Shown piece after piece: positions 32,334-32,933 of a stretch of 32,933 bases of DNA. The DNA lies in the NCBI GenBank assembly GCA_002104905.1, contig MCFE01000827.1, forward strand, positions 1 to 32,933, read 5' to 3'. The position numbers and the translations under genes were made by a program. The first letter of the stretch is position 1. Every line of letters begins with the position of its first letter. Origin of the DNA: Basidiobolus meristosporus CBS 931.73 (Eukaryota; Fungi; Basidiobolomycota). A model generated the notes under the pieces. The model did not search any database. It was not told the DNA's origin and saw nothing but the letters and a program-made list of their open reading frames with translations.

Positions 32334-32933
32334 ATGACTTCTACCAGCAAACAGAGCAATACCAACATCTTTCCTGTAAAGGAGAGGTTTAATGGGAAGA
32401 ACTATAGACTTTGGAGAATCAAGATGCAGATCCACCTTGAGGAAAGAAAGCTTTGGAACATAGTAACAGGAAAGGAAGTTGAGCCCAAAGGAACAGCAGA
32501 AGATGTGGAGAGGCTTCAAGAGAAGGAGAGAAAGGCCCTCAATGCCATATGCATCAATGTGCAAGACTCCTTCATTGGACAAATCCATGCCTCAAATATG
32601 GCCAAAGCAGCATGGGAATCCTTAGAGAAGAGCTTTAGAGCAAAGTTGATATCAAGCAAGCTTTATTTGTAACAAAAGTTTTTCAACATGAGGAAGAAGC
32701 CAGATAATGACATGCTACAACTCATTACCAGAATGGAGACACTTGCAGAAGAACTTTACAGTATTAATGCTAAATTGGGCACAAGAATGCAAGAAGAAAC
32801 AAGCAGACAAAGAACAGAAACTAGAGCAGGCAAACCATATAACTACTGATGAACAGTTATTTGTAGCTGTACAAGAGAGTGCAAGTAACCAAAGTAATGA
32901 ATGGTATATTGATTCTGGAGCATCACAGCATAT
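32334..32933 (+). pseudogene. gag: Copia D gag and start of protease
   Basis: 112-aa ORF continuing past stops; a deletion removes the gag C-terminal half and most of the knuckle. Confidence 0.9.

Larger units (their letters stand above)
32127..32933 (+). mobile_element. Ty1/copia element D (distinct subfamily), 5' end
   Basis: Short LTR, PBS, gag (FNGKNYRLWRIKMQIHLEERKLWNIV, KAAWESL), internal gag deletion, and protease WYIDSGASQH at the window end. Confidence 0.92.

Noticed and set aside
1-32933. Classical Neurospora-type CpA RIP
   Set aside because: CA/TG dinucleotides are abundant; the losses I can polarise (TSD, PBS, foldback termini) are at CpG.

Overview
The window appears to be almost entirely nested, decayed transposable elements from a eukaryote, probably a TE-rich fungus; I found no host gene, RNA gene or CRISPR array. 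Junctions, target-site duplications (TSDs) and restored reading frames resolve most of it. (1) A Ty1/copia element (A0; RT/RNase H at 1-648, tail and 3' LTR at 13161-13558) is split by a CMC/EnSpm (CACTA-like) DNA transposon at 649-13160, with CCCTA termini and a TTA TSD. (2) That transposon carries a minus-strand Tnp21-type transposase and a divergent ~2-kb ORF of unknown function. (3) The transposase is itself split by a full-length Ty3/gypsy element (2660-9745, ~1.07-kb LTRs). (4) An older copia (A) is split by copia B (14034-19893, TSD AAAGG), and B contains an inverted solo LTR, a 733-bp foldback element and a 598-bp internal duplication. (5) A second gypsy (20836-29291) contains a 3'-truncated copia C. 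(6) A partial inverted second copy of the CMC element (~29918-31930) and the 5' end of another copia (D) close the window. The sequence is extremely CpG-depleted, with TCG/CGA contexts lost most. All identities and counts are by-eye estimates.
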